A stretch of DNA of 64,000 bases, from positions 352,001 to 416,000 of the forward strand of contig CAXXVO010000007.1 in the NCBI GenBank assembly GCA_963422645.2, written 5' to 3'. How positions within the stretch are numbered: position 1 is the first letter of the stretch; each line of letters starts with the position of its first letter. Of this stretch, positions 21,026 to 31,415 are shown piece after piece. Below the pieces are notes generated by a model. That model was not told the origin of the DNA. It was given only the letters and a program-made list of their open reading frames with translations, and made no database searches. The position numbers and the translations under genes were made by a program. This DNA comes from Alphaproteobacteria bacterium. GTDB taxonomy: Bacteria > Pseudomonadota > Alphaproteobacteria > UBA828.

Positions 21026-21736
21026 TCACTCGCCGTCTATTCCATGCGGGAGGTTTGGTGACGCATCGGCTCGGGTGAGCACGAATATCCAAGCCTTCAG
21101 TCCATTATTGTCCTTTGCCTCTACTTCAAGGAGGTCGGTTAGATTATAGCTCCCTCGGCCCCAGGTGAAGAAAAGGTAGGGCATCGCCATAGGGTGGGCG
21201 CCGAACGGATCCATTTCGTTCGCGGCTCTGGCGGAATGCGCCATCGTATGTTCGATGTAAATCCGACCTCGCTGAGTAATCTGTTTGGCCCATGCGTTCA
21301 GCGCGCGAGCAGGCTCCATCGCCTGATCAAGTGAATTCGTATAAACAAAGTCAAACCGCCCAAGCCAATCGGGATTGTCTTCATGAAAATCCCAAATTCG
21401 CATATGCGAAAACTCGCTCGCGGTTTCGGATATGTCGGTGCCGATAATGTCACCGCCGAGTTGCTCTCGAAGCCAAGTGACTTCGAAACCGTTGCGAGCG
21501 CCGTGACAAATACCTGTGGCGCCTAGTCCATGAAGCCTTAGGTCTTCCACGATTCTGGAAAGCGTAACCTCATCGGCCCAGACATTATTCAGCTTGCGCT
21601 TGTTGTGCTTGACTTGGGTGTCGCGATATTCCGCGTAGCCACCGGTGTAATGATGCTGGTAAATAAATTCCGCGTGGTGCTTCTTGATAACTCTAAGGCC
21701 GAATGGGCGAACTATCTGATCCAGGAGCCATCGCAT
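21026..21736 (-). CDS. Putative class I SAM-dependent methyltransferase-like protein
   Basis: ICHGARNG, GTDIS, FDFVYTNSLD; lower GC. Confidence 0.65.
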   Translation of the reverse strand: MRWLLDQIVRPFGLRVIKKHHAEFIYQHHYTGGYAEYRDTQVKHNKRKLNNVWADEVTLSRIVEDLRLHGLGATGICHGARNGFEVTWLREQLGGDIIGTDISETASEFSHMRIWDFHEDNPDWLGRFDFVYTNSLDQAMEPARALNAWAKQITQRGRIYIEHTMAHSARAANEMDPFGAHPMAMPYLFFTWGRGSYNLTDLLEVEAKDNNGLKAWIFVLTRADASPNLPHGIDGE

Positions 21737-21802
21737 AGCTCGAAATCGTCAGTCAGACAGCGAGAGGGGCAAACAAGCGCACTCGCCAGAGAAAGGCGAC
21801 CG

Positions 21803-23128
21803 TCAGGCCTGATCGAGGGCCTGGTCGAGGTCGGCGATGATGTCGTCGATGCTCTCGATGCCGACCGAGAGCCGCACCACGTCCGGACCGGCGCCGGAAT
21901 TGGTCTTCTGCTCGTCGGTGAGCTGGCGGTGGGTGGTGGACGCCGGGTGAATGATCAGGCTCCGCGTGTCGCCGATGTTGGCGAGGTGGGAGAACATGTT
22001 GACCGTGTCGACCACCTTGAGGCCGGCCTCGTAGCCACCCTTGACGCCGAAGGTGAAGACCGCGCCCGCGCCGCGCGGCAGGTACCTCTGGGCAAGTTCG
22101 TAATAGGGGTTCGATTCCAGCCCAGCGTAGGAGACCCAGGAGACCTTGGGGTGGTCCTCCAGATAGCGGGCCACCGCCAGTGCGTTGGAGCAATGACGCT
22201 CCATGCGGAGCGGCAGCGTCTCCACCCCTGCCAGCAGGTTCCAGGCCGCCTGCGCCGCCATGCTCGGGCCATAGTCCCGCAGCGCCACGGCGCGCACCTT
22301 CATGGTGAAGCCGAAATCGCCGAAGGTCTCGGCGAAGGTGAGGCCGTGATAGGCGGGGTCCGGCTTGGTCATGCTGGGGAACTTGTCGTTCTGCCACCAG
22401 TCGAAGCGGCCGGACTCGACGACCATGCCGCCCATGGTGTTGCCGTGGCCGCCGATGAACTTCGTGGTCGAGTGGACCACGAGGTCGGCGCCGTGCTCGA
22501 AGGGCCGGCAGAGATAGGGCGAGGCCAGCGTGTTATCCACGATGAGCGGCACGCCGTGCCGCTTCGCGACCTCGGCGATCGCCTCGAGATCGAGCACGAT
22601 GCCGCCGGGGTTGGCCAGCCCCTCGCAGAAGAGAAACTTGACCTTGTCGGTCATGGCCCGATCGATGTTCTCGGGCTCCGTCATATCGACGAAATGGCAG
22701 GTCCAGCCGAGCTTCTTGAAGCTCACGCCGAACTGGGTGACCGAGCCGCCATAGAGATTGTTCGACGAGATGAACTCGTCACCGGTCTCCAGCAGCGTCG
22801 CGCCCACCAGGAACTGCGCCGCATGGCCAGTGGCGGCCGCCACGGCGCCGCGCCCGTTCTCCAGCGCCGCGACCCGTTCCTCGAGTACGGCGACGGTGGG
22901 GTTGGTGATGCGCGAATAGATGTAGCCGAAGGTCTGCAAATTGAAGAGCTCGGCCGCATGGTCGGCATCGTCGAAAGCGTAGGCCGCGGTCTGATAGATC
23001 GGCGTCGTCCGCGCGCCGGTGACCGGGTCGGGCCGTGCGCCGGCGTGGACCGCCAGCGTCTCCATCCCGTATTCGCGTTGCGGCGCGACCTTGGCGGCCT
23101 CTGCCTTGAGGGCTTGCATCTCGTTCAT
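21803..23128 (-). CDS. metY: O-acetylhomoserine aminocarboxypropyltransferase (sulfhydrylase)
   Basis: TPIYQT, YSRITNPT, VDNT, HSTTKF (PLP lysine), HLANIGDTRSLIIHPASTTH, RLSVGIE. Confidence 0.93.
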   Translation of the reverse strand: MNEMQALKAEAAKVAPQREYGMETLAVHAGARPDPVTGARTTPIYQTAAYAFDDADHAAELFNLQTFGYIYSRITNPTVAVLEERVAALENGRGAVAAATGHAAQFLVGATLLETGDEFISSNNLYGGSVTQFGVSFKKLGWTCHFVDMTEPENIDRAMTDKVKFLFCEGLANPGGIVLDLEAIAEVAKRHGVPLIVDNTLASPYLCRPFEHGADLVVHSTTKFIGGHGNTMGGMVVESGRFDWWQNDKFPSMTKPDPAYHGLTFAETFGDFGFTMKVRAVALRDYGPSMAAQAAWNLLAGVETLPLRMERHCSNALAVARYLEDHPKVSWVSYAGLESNPYYELAQRYLPRGAGAVFTFGVKGGYEAGLKVVDTVNMFSHLANIGDTRSLIIHPASTTHRQLTDEQKTNSGAGPDVVRLSVGIESIDDIIADLDQALDQA

Positions 23129-23676
23129 GCGTTGAGCGGCCTTGCCCGCTTTGCGGATACGATCCGCGAGTTGATGCCGCTCCAGCTCAGCTCGCCCGAG
23201 AGCCGGGCGAACTCGATCTTGGGGCAGCGGTTCATGATGACCGTGAGCCCGGCCTCTTCGGCGAGCTGAGCGGCATGATCGTTGCGCACCGTGAGCTGCA
23301 TCCACAGCACGTCGATACCCTTCTCGTCCTTGTTCGCGATCACGTCCTTGGTGATATCCAGCGCCTCCTCCGAGGTGCGGAAGATATCGACCATGTCGAG
23401 CTGATCGGGGCATTCCGCGAGGCTGCCGTGGACGGTCTCGCCCAGGATCGACTCTCCGGCCCGGCCCGGGTTGATGGGGATTACCCGATAACCCTTCTTG
23501 GTCAGGTATTTCATGGCGTAGAAGCTGGGCCGGCGCCACTGGGTGCTGGCGCCCACCATGGCGAAGGTCTTGACCCGGCGCAGAATGCGCCGCAGGTATT
23601 CGTCGGCGTAGCCGTCGTGCTCGGGCAGGAAGACGAGCGGATGCCCGTCCGTCGACTTGATTGCGACATCGACCAT
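23125..23676 (-). CDS. CoA-binding protein (YccU-like)
   Basis: AMVGAS, PINPG, DMVDIFR, LWMQL, MNRCPKIE; 4-bp overlap with metY. Confidence 0.9.
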   Translation of the reverse strand: MVDVAIKSTDGHPLVFLPEHDGYADEYLRRILRRVKTFAMVGASTQWRRPSFYAMKYLTKKGYRVIPINPGRAGESILGETVHGSLAECPDQLDMVDIFRTSEEALDITKDVIANKDEKGIDVLWMQLTVRNDHAAQLAEEAGLTVIMNRCPKIEFARLSGELSWSGINSRIVSAKRARPLNA

Positions 23677-24005
23677 TGTGAGGGTTCCGTGCGGCTGTCG
23701 GGGGCGCGGGAGGCGCACAAGTAGCCCCCCGGCCGCAGCCCGTCAAGGCGCGCACATGCGCCCCCCTCCTTGTATCTCGTCCACTCGCCGCCGGCGTTAT
23801 CCTGACAGCGTTGGACGCGGGCGGGAGACCGACCATCCTCCGCTCCCGAAGACCGTGGGTGAGCGTGGCTCCCCGTCCGCTGTTCCTGAGAACCCGAACG
23901 CTCGCCTGGTCCGCCAGGAGAGACGCTGGTCGTGCGCGAGGCGACAGGCTCTCGTCACCCATCAGCCTCCGGGATTCGGTCCCGGATGGACGACCTATTG
24001 AGAGA

Positions 24006-25330
24006 CACTAGTGTCCCATTAAAACTACAATAGAATCAGTTGCTTATCTTCGCGGCTCTGGCCCACCGGGAGTGCCTTATGCGTAAGTAGCGCATTGAGC
24101 GGGATTTTTTCGAACAGGGTGAGGCTCAGGGTCTGTAGAATTGTGTAGAGGCTGGCATCGAGTCTCAACCTCTTCTTGATGATGGCAATCAGGACGTAGA
24201 CGGAGACTGCGATCCAGATTTGGGTCTTTACGGCATTTTCGGAGGTGCCGAAGAAGGCCTTGATGCGGAGGTTTTGCTTGATCCATTTGAAGAAGAGTTC
24301 GACCTGCCAGCGATAGCGGTAGAGCTCTGCGACGGTGAGGGGCGGAACAGCGAAGTTGTTGGTCAGGAAGTTGAAGGTCTTGTTGGTTTCAGTATCCTTG
24401 TAGCCGACCCTGCGGAGCGGCTTTGGGTAGCGGCTTTTGCTCGCCTTTCCGGTCAGGACGATGGTTTGATCGCAACGCAGTCCGGCGTCTTTGTCGACGG
24501 TACGGGAGTATTGGCGCCGGTATTTCGTGTTGGCCTTTGCGCGGATGACGAAGAAGCTTCCCGCCATATCCAGGGCGTTGAGGCGCTTGAAGTCGAGGTA
24601 GGCGCGATCCATGATGTAGAAGGCGCCGGGCTCCGGAATGATGATGTCCAGGACATTCACATCGCCGAGCTTGCCGTCGGAGATGTGAATGAAGGCCGGG
24701 ATACTGCCCTGCAAGTCAAGGAGAGTGTGAAGCTTGACGGCCGACTTGGTTGAGCGGAACAGAGCCCAGGGGAAGACCGACAGGCACAGATCGATGGTCG
24801 ACGCGTCGAGAGCGTACACGGTATTGTCGAGTTGAAGACCGAGGTCCTCGCCGGCATAGAGTGGGCGTGCGATGTCGATCAGTTCCTGGGCGAACTCGGC
24901 ATAGATGCGCCAGTCGCGTTGCGCGTTGGCGTTCGCTAAAGTGTTGCGCGAGACCGGTCCCCGAATTCCCATGTGATAAAGCTTGTTATTCTGGGCACGC
25001 AGACAAATCTCGATGTCGCGCAGGCTTTCTCGATAGGACAATTGTGCGAAGGCCATGCAGAAAAACTGGCTCAGGCATGAGAACGATTTGACGTACCGAT
25101 TACCATCGTATTGTTCGACGCATTTGCGGAACGAATGCAGGGGCAGATGGTCCATCACCTGCGAGAAGACAAGTTGTCCCGTGGACATGACCGGGCTCCC
25201 TCTGGATCGGAGAACCCAGCCTCGGCACTCGCGCCGGCCACTTCAAGTCGGTAACAGCGCGAAATGGCGCTTAATCGCGCTTTGTCAATAACTTAACAAG
25301 GGTCTCTCCAATTTTCTTGGGACACTAGTG
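24006..25330 (-). mobile_element. IS4-family insertion sequence (1325 bp)
   Basis: IRs CACTAGTGTCCCA...; 9-bp target duplication ATTGAGAGA at 23997-24005 and 25331-25339. Confidence 0.95.
24025..25188 (-). CDS. IS4-family transposase (DUF4372 + DDE)
   Basis: FAQLSYRESLRDIE, ALDASTIDL, IMDRAY, YRYRWQVELFFKWIKQNL; intact. Confidence 0.95.
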   Translation of the reverse strand: MSTGQLVFSQVMDHLPLHSFRKCVEQYDGNRYVKSFSCLSQFFCMAFAQLSYRESLRDIEICLRAQNNKLYHMGIRGPVSRNTLANANAQRDWRIYAEFAQELIDIARPLYAGEDLGLQLDNTVYALDASTIDLCLSVFPWALFRSTKSAVKLHTLLDLQGSIPAFIHISDGKLGDVNVLDIIIPEPGAFYIMDRAYLDFKRLNALDMAGSFFVIRAKANTKYRRQYSRTVDKDAGLRCDQTIVLTGKASKSRYPKPLRRVGYKDTETNKTFNFLTNNFAVPPLTVAELYRYRWQVELFFKWIKQNLRIKAFFGTSENAVKTQIWIAVSVYVLIAIIKKRLRLDASLYTILQTLSLTLFEKIPLNALLTHKALPVGQSREDKQLILL

Positions 25331-25345
25331 ATTGAGAGATCACAT

Positions 25346-27250
25346 CTAGTTCTGCTGACCGAAGAGGGCGGTGAGCGTGCCCTGGTTGACCGAGATCTCG
25401 TGCCGGCTGTAGAGCGCCGTGCGGTAGGCGTCGGTGAGGTCGCTGCGCCATGCGCGCGAAAGCTGGTCGCGCAGGCGGTCGCGCTCCTCGCCGGTCGTGC
25501 CCCGTCCGGCAGCGGTGACGCGGGTGAGCACCGCAACGCCCCAGCCATCCGCGGTTTCCGCGACGATCGGCTCGCGATTCTCCTCGTTACGCTCGAATAT
25601 CCCCCGGATCAGCGCGAAGGAGGCATCCGGGCTGGCACCCCGCCCATCGCGCCGCACATTGTCGAGGGTCGTCACGGCGAGACCCGCGTCCCGGGCGGCT
25701 GCGGTGAGGTTCTCGCCGACCCTGACCCGGTCGGCCAGCGCGTTCGCCACGCGCTCCGCCGCTTCCTTCTCCTCCTCGCGCATGAGCGCCGAACGCACCT
25801 GGGTGCGCACCTCCTCCAGGGGCCTGGGCGCGGGCAGCACCACCTCGTCCACGCGCAGGATGGCGAAGCTGCCGTCGCCAAGCTCGGTGAGAAGCGATTC
25901 CTGACCCTCCACCGTCTCGAACACGAGCGTGAGGATATTGTCCCGCTCGCTCAACTCGACGAGCACCGGGGTGCCTCCCCGGTCGAGCCCGGTGCGCGTG
26001 ACGCCGTTGAGGATGATCGGCTCGACGCCGACCGCCGCAGCGCCCATCTCCAGCGAGGCGCCGCCGCCGAGCTCGTCTTCCAGTACCGTGGAGAGGCGGA
26101 AGAGCCCGGCGCCGGCCAGGTCGAGCGCCATCTCGTCGTGCAGCTCCTGCTTCACTTCCTCGAAGCTCAGGCGCCGCGCGAGCTCCACCTTCTCCACCTT
26201 GAAGAGATGCCAGCCGAAGGCGGTCTGGACCGGCTCGCTGACCGAGCCTTCGGAGAGGCGGAAGACCGCCTCGCTCGCTGCCTTGAGCGGGCCGTCGGCC
26301 TCGAAATTGGGGATGGGTAGCACCGAGGCCCCTCGCCTCTCCAGATCGTCGGCGACGATGTCGAAGTCCTCGCCTTCCTTGAGCCTCTGGGCGCCGTCCC
26401 GGATCAGCGCCTCGTCCTGGGCGTTGATCTGGATGACCCCGCGCCGCTCCGGCATCTCGAACTCGTCGATCCGCGCCTCGTATTCGGCATAGACATCCTC
26501 GTCGCTCAGCTCGATCTCCGAGACCATGTCTTCGGCGGTGAGCTGCACGAGCACCGCGCTGCGCCGCTCGGGCGCCATGAAGGATGCCGTGTTCGCCTCG
26601 TAGTAGGCTTGGACGGCGGTCTCTCCCGGCTCGGCAAGGCCGGCCAAACCGCGGGCGGGGATCAGCGCGAGCTGGGCGCTTCGCTCCTCGGCCCGGTAGC
26701 GGTGGACGGCGTCGATGAGCGACTCCGGAACCTTGCGGTCGCCGCCGACGGCACTCAGGATCTGGTCGCGGAGCAGGTCGATGCGGATCAGATCCTCGTA
26801 CTCGGCCCGCGTCATGTTGTTGCGCTCGAGCACGAGATCGTAGAGCTCGGGGTCGAATCTGCCCTGCTCGTTGCCGAAGGCCGGTGAGGACTGGAGCTCC
26901 CGCATCACGCTGGCGTCCGCCGCGCGCAGCCCGAGCCTGGCCGCTTCGGCGTCCAGCAGATACTCGCGCACGAGCAGGTTGAGCACCTGGCCCGTAAGCC
27001 CGGCCTGGTGGGCCTCGTCGCGGGTGAGATCGGGGCGGCCGGAACGCTCCCGCTCGCGCTGCAGGGCGCGCTGGAACTGGCGGTCGAACAGGACCGTGGG
27101 GACGTCGACCTCGCCCACAGTCGCGACCGCAGAGCGGCTGCCGCCGGTGAACACGTCGTTGATGCCCCAGGCCCCGAAGCTCAGCGCCAGGACAATGATG
27201 ACGGCGCGGCTCGCCCACGACTTGGTGGCCTGGCGCATGGATCGCAGCAT
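25346..27250 (-). CDS. ppiD: SurA N-terminal domain / PpiD-like peptidyl-prolyl isomerase
   Basis: N-terminal TM (LALSFGAWGIND), F..EQGRFD, PERR, SEPVQTAFGWHLF; divergent from tpiA. Confidence 0.88.
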   Translation of the reverse strand: MLRSMRQATKSWASRAVIIVLALSFGAWGINDVFTGGSRSAVATVGEVDVPTVLFDRQFQRALQRERERSGRPDLTRDEAHQAGLTGQVLNLLVREYLLDAEAARLGLRAADASVMRELQSSPAFGNEQGRFDPELYDLVLERNNMTRAEYEDLIRIDLLRDQILSAVGGDRKVPESLIDAVHRYRAEERSAQLALIPARGLAGLAEPGETAVQAYYEANTASFMAPERRSAVLVQLTAEDMVSEIELSDEDVYAEYEARIDEFEMPERRGVIQINAQDEALIRDGAQRLKEGEDFDIVADDLERRGASVLPIPNFEADGPLKAASEAVFRLSEGSVSEPVQTAFGWHLFKVEKVELARRLSFEEVKQELHDEMALDLAGAGLFRLSTVLEDELGGGASLEMGAAAVGVEPIILNGVTRTGLDRGGTPVLVELSERDNILTLVFETVEGQESLLTELGDGSFAILRVDEVVLPAPRPLEEVRTQVRSALMREEEKEAAERVANALADRVRVGENLTAAARDAGLAVTTLDNVRRDGRGASPDASFALIRGIFERNEENREPIVAETADGWGVAVLTRVTAAGRGTTGEERDRLRDQLSRAWRSDLTDAYRTALYSRHEISVNQGTLTALFGQQN

Positions 27251-27515
27251 CGCGGAACCCGTCGCATGGTGGAGGCGCCCCCAAGTCAGCGCGGGGCGCG
27301 CGTTGCGCCGGATAATAGGAGCGGCCGGGCACACCGGGCAACACGCAACCTGCCGCTCCCTTCGCACGGCTCCGTGACCCCAACGGGAGTCGACAGCCTG
27401 CCCGGTGCTGCTGGTCCACGGTCGCGGGGCGTGATAGAGCATGGCGCTCTCGCCCGCCCTGCACGCCTTTGCGCCGGGGACGAGGCGCCCATGCCCACAA
27501 CCGCCGCCCGCGCAC

Positions 27516-28268
27516 ATGCCGCCCCGCCCGCTCTTCGTGGCCAACTGGAAGATGAACGGCCTCCATGCCGACGGGCTCGTGCGCGCCAGTGCGCTCGCGG
27601 CTCACGCAGCGACGGGCGAGTGCGGCGGCGATATCGTGGTCTGCCCGCCGGCGACGCTGCTCTTCGCGCTCCGGGCCGTGTTCTCGGGCTCGGAGATCGC
27701 GCTCGGCGGCCAGGATTGCCACGCCGCGGCGGAAGGCGCCCACACCGGCGACGTGGGCGCGCCGATGCTGGCCGACGGGGGCTGCACGCACGTCATCGTC
27801 GGCCACTCCGAGCGCCGCGCCGGCCACGGCGAGGATGACGAGAGGGTGGCGGCCAAGGCGGCGGCGGCCCATGCGGCGGAGCTTGCGGCGATCGTCTGCG
27901 TGGGCGAGAGTGCGGCCGAGCGCAATGCCGGGCGCGCGCTTGCCGTGATCGGCCGTCAGGTCGAGGGCTCGCTGCCCGCGAGCGCCACGCCCGACAACAC
28001 CGCGATCGCCTACGAGCCGCTCTGGGCCATCGGCAGCGGCCGCACGCCGGGCCCGGCCGATATCGAGGCGGCGCACGCGGAGGTGCGTGCCGGCTGGGAA
28101 GGGCGATTTTCGGGAGGCGGTGCGGCGCTTCGCGTGCTATATGGCGGCTCCGTCACGGCGCGGAACGCAGGCGAGATCCTGACCGCGCCGGGGGTAGACG
28201 GCGTTCTGGTCGGCGGAGCAAGCCTTTCTGCGGACGCGTTCTGGCAGATTTGCCAGTCGTGCGCCTGA
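27516..28268 (+). CDS. tpiA: Triosephosphate isomerase
   Basis: ANWKMNG, GHSERR, AYEPLWAIG, LYGGSV, LVGGASL. Confidence 0.97.
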   Translation: MPPRPLFVANWKMNGLHADGLVRASALAAHAATGECGGDIVVCPPATLLFALRAVFSGSEIALGGQDCHAAAEGAHTGDVGAPMLADGGCTHVIVGHSERRAGHGEDDERVAAKAAAAHAAELAAIVCVGESAAERNAGRALAVIGRQVEGSLPASATPDNTAIAYEPLWAIGSGRTPGPADIEAAHAEVRAGWEGRFSGGGAALRVLYGGSVTARNAGEILTAPGVDGVLVGGASLSADAFWQICQSCA

Positions 28269-28301
28269 GCCCGTGCGGGAGATAGAGACTGAGGAGCGGT
28301 A

Positions 28302-28676
28302 GTGGAAACGATCCTTCTCGTGATCCTGATCGTCATCGCAATCACGATGATCGGTCTCGTGCTGCTCCAGCGGAGCGAGGGCGGCGCGCTCGGCATCGGC
28401 GGTCCCGGCGCTATGTTCTCGGCGCGCGGCACCGCGAACCTGCTGACGCGCGCCACCGCGGGGCTGGCCGCGGCCTTCATGATCATGAGTCTGGTGCTCG
28501 CCATCCTCTCCGGCAGCTGGTCGGATCGGGACTCGGTGCTGGATACCGCGGAGGAGGAGCAGCTCGCCATCGAGGCAGAGCCGCTGGTGCTGCCGGGCGA
28601 GCTCGACCTGCCCACCGATATCGAGCCGCTGGACCTCCCGGGCGACGATAGCCCGGCCGTCCCCCGCGCAGAGTGA
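28302..28676 (+). CDS. secG: Preprotein translocase subunit SecG
   Basis: VLLQRSEGGALGIGG, ANLLTRAT; located between tpiA and pyrG. Confidence 0.95.
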   Translation: METILLVILIVIAITMIGLVLLQRSEGGALGIGGPGAMFSARGTANLLTRATAGLAAAFMIMSLVLAILSGSWSDRDSVLDTAEEEQLAIEAEPLVLPGELDLPTDIEPLDLPGDDSPAVPRAE

Positions 28677-28808
28677 CGCATCGCGCCGTCTTGACGGCGC
28701 TCTCGACATCGTAGGGCACCGCAGCCCCTGACGGGGTCGGTGGGGGCTGCCCAAATAATTTGCAAGTGGGTGGTGACGACTCGGGCGCGTTTGATAAGGT
28801 AGCGGTCC

Positions 28809-30437
28809 ATGACCCGGTACATCTTCGTCACCGGCGGCGTGGTGTCCTCCCTCGGCAAGGGCCTGGCTTCGGCGGCGCTCGGCGCGCTCCTCCAGGCGAG
28901 GGGCTATCGGGTTCGGCTCCGCAAGTTCGACCCCTACCTCAACGTCGATCCGGGCACCATGAGCCCCTTTCAGCACGGCGAGGTCTACGTCACCGACGAT
29001 GGCGCTGAGACCGACCTCGACCTCGGGCACTACGAGCGCTTCACCGGCGTGCCGGCACGCCGCAGCGACAGCGTCACCGCGGGCCAGATCTATCAGACCG
29101 TGATCGCGAGGGAGCGCCGGGGCGACTACCTCGGCGGCACGGTGCAGGTCATCCCCCACGTCACCGACGCGATCAAGGAGGCCATCGTCCGGGATAGCGA
29201 TGGCGCCGACTTCGTGCTGGTCGAGATCGGCGGCACGGTGGGCGATATCGAGGGCCTGCCCTTCTTCGAATCGATCCGCCAGTTCGCCTACGAGCACGGG
29301 CGGGACAAGGTGATGTTCATCCATCTGACCCTGGTGCCCTACATCGACACCGCCGGCGAGCTGAAGACCAAGCCCACCCAGCACTCGGTGAAGGAGCTGC
29401 GCAGCATCGGCATCGCACCCGATCTGCTGCTCTGCCGGGCGAACCGCCCGATCTCCGAGGCCGAGTGCGCGAAGATCGCGCAGTTTTGCAACGTGCGCGA
29501 AGACAACGTGATCGCCGCGACTGACGTGGAGACCATCTACCAGGTGCCGCTCAGCTATCACGCGCAGGACTTCGACACTCAGGTCATGCGCTACTTCGGG
29601 ATCGCCGATGCGCCGGCGCCCGATCTCTCCGGCTGGGAGAGGATCGTCAAGCGCACGCTTACGCCGGAGGGCGAGGTGGCGATCGCGGTGGTCGGCAAGT
29701 ACACCGGGCTGCGCGATGCCTACAAGTCGCTCTTCGAGGCGCTCACGCATGGCGGGGTCGCAAACAGCGTGCGCGTGGATACCCGCTGGATCGAGGCCGA
29801 CGACCTGGAGGCCAACGGCACGACAGGCGCGCTGGAATCCGTGCACGGCGTCCTGGTGCCGGGCGGCTTCGGCGAGCGCGGCGTGCCCGGCAAGATCGCC
29901 GCGGTGGAATATGCGCGCACGCGAGGCGTCCCCTACTTCGGCATCTGCTTCGGCATGCAGCTCGCGGTGATCGAGACCGCGCGCAACGTCGCCGGGATCG
30001 CCGGTGCCGATTCCACCGAATTCGGCCCCTGCGACGAGCCGGTGATCGGGCTGATGACCGAGTGGGACCGGGACGGCGAGGTGGAGCGGCGCAATGCGGG
30101 CGACAACCTCGGCGGCACCATGCGGCTCGGCGCCTACGAAGCCGTGCTCGCGGAAGGCACCCGCGTGCGCTCGGTCTATGGCGCAGAGCGCATCTTCGAG
30201 CGCCACCGCCATCGCTACGAGTTCAACATCGGCTATCGCGAGCGGCTGTGCGACGCGGGCATGGAGGTGGCGGGCCTCTCGCCCGACGGCTCGCTCGCGG
30301 AAATCGTCGAACGCCCCGGTCATCCCTGGTTCGTGGGCGTCCAGTTCCACCCCGAGCTCACCTCGCGCCCCTTCGAGCCGCATCCGCTCTTCGCCTCCTT
30401 CATCGGGGCGGCGGTCAGGCAGGCGCGGCTTGTCTAA
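28809..30437 (+). CDS. pyrG: CTP synthase
   Basis: [46 protein letters not shown]. Confidence 0.98.
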   Translation: MTRYIFVTGGVVSSLGKGLASAALGALLQARGYRVRLRKFDPYLNVDPGTMSPFQHGEVYVTDDGAETDLDLGHYERFTGVPARRSDSVTAGQIYQTVIARERRGDYLGGTVQVIPHVTDAIKEAIVRDSDGADFVLVEIGGTVGDIEGLPFFESIRQFAYEHGRDKVMFIHLTLVPYIDTAGELKTKPTQHSVKELRSIGIAPDLLLCRANRPISEAECAKIAQFCNVREDNVIAATDVETIYQVPLSYHAQDFDTQVMRYFGIADAPAPDLSGWERIVKRTLTPEGEVAIAVVGKYTGLRDAYKSLFEALTHGGVANSVRVDTRWIEADDLEANGTTGALESVHGVLVPGGFGERGVPGKIAAVEYARTRGVPYFGICFGMQLAVIETARNVAGIAGADSTEFGPCDEPVIGLMTEWDRDGEVERRNAGDNLGGTMRLGAYEAVLAEGTRVRSVYGAERIFERHRHRYEFNIGYRERLCDAGMEVAGLSPDGSLAEIVERPGHPWFVGVQFHPELTSRPFEPHPLFASFIGAAVRQARLV

Positions 30438-31394
30438 GAGTTTGAATCATAAGTCATTATTGTAGATTTTTTGTTGTTTATCAGGTGTTTATCTCGCGCG
30501 CGACCCTGCGCATCAGAAAGCGGCATGCGGCCAGCCTCGCCCATGCCAGGGAACTCGCTTCGTTCCGTTCGAAGTCCTTTGCCAAACGTCGGCAGCGACC
30601 CATCCAGGCGAACGTTCGTTCCACGACCCAGCGCCGGTGGAGAACGGTGAAGGCCTTGATCTGCCGGGGCTTTTCGACGATCTCGACGAGCTCCGACACA
30701 CCCCGTCGGGCCAGGGCATCGCGCAGCTTGGGTCCGCCGTAGCCGCCGTCGGCAAACACCTTCGAGACCTCGGGTGCCTTGCGCAGCAGCCCCACAATCA
30801 CCTCCGGTGCCGCGTCCCTGTCCTGAACCGCGGCGCTGTGCACCGCAAGGACAATCGGCGAGCCCTCGGTGTCCACCGTCAGGTGACGCTTGCGGCCCTT
30901 GATCTTCTTGGCCGCATCGTAGCCCGAAGGGCCGCCGCTTTCCGTCGTCTTCACGCTCTGACTGTCGATCACGGCGGCCGTGGGGTGAACGGAGCGGCCC
31001 GACAGACGGCGCGCCCGGTCCCGCAACGCGTCGAGCATGCGCTCCAGAACGCCGCCGCGCGACCACGCATAGAAGTAGTTCTGAACCGTCGAAAAGGGCG
31101 GATAACAAGGCGGTATCAGACGCCACTGGCAGCCCGACGCTGAGCATGTACTGGATCGCATCGAACACACGGCGCAGATCCGTCGAGCGAGGCCGACCCA
31201 TCCGGCCCTGCTCCGGAAGCAGCGGCGCAATCAGAGCCCACTCCTCGTCGCTCACATTGTTTTGTCGATAGTCATGCGCTCGTCTATAGTTCACCTGGGT
31301 GGCCTCAGTCCAAGCCACGGTACCCTCCATATCGGTCTCAACACCCGAACAGGTACCATGTCTTGAGGCCACCCCCGACTTTAGGAACAAGCTC
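30438..31394 (-). mobile_element. IS5-family (IS1031-like) element (957 bp)
   Basis: Imperfect IRs GAGTTTGAATCATAAGT / GAGCTTGTTCCTAAAAGT; TAA target duplication at 30435-30437 (the pyrG stop) and 31395-31397. Confidence 0.88.
30481..31318 (-). pseudogene. IS5-family transposase with a frameshift near 31140
   Basis: SDEEWALIAPLLP...IQYML then a frame change to ASGCQWRLIP...IDSQSVKT...GRKRH...ADGGY...RWVVERTFAW. Confidence 0.88.
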
Positions 31395-31415
31395 TAAGAG
31401 CGAAACGAGGGCGAT

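Noticed and set aside
21803-23962. 719-aa extended MetY and other long N-terminal extensions or antisense ORFs (e.g. 35859-38318, 51466-53925, 55385-57856)
   Set aside because: High-GC shadow ORFs overlapping well-supported genes, with no recognisable motifs.
23690-24000. SAM or glycine riboswitch upstream of the CoA-binding/metY operon
   Set aside because: Core consensus motifs were not found on either strand by eye; kept only as an unassigned structure.
31130-31150. Programmed frameshift in the IS5 transposase
   Set aside because: No slippery A-rich motif, and the shift falls inside the conserved N-terminal domain.
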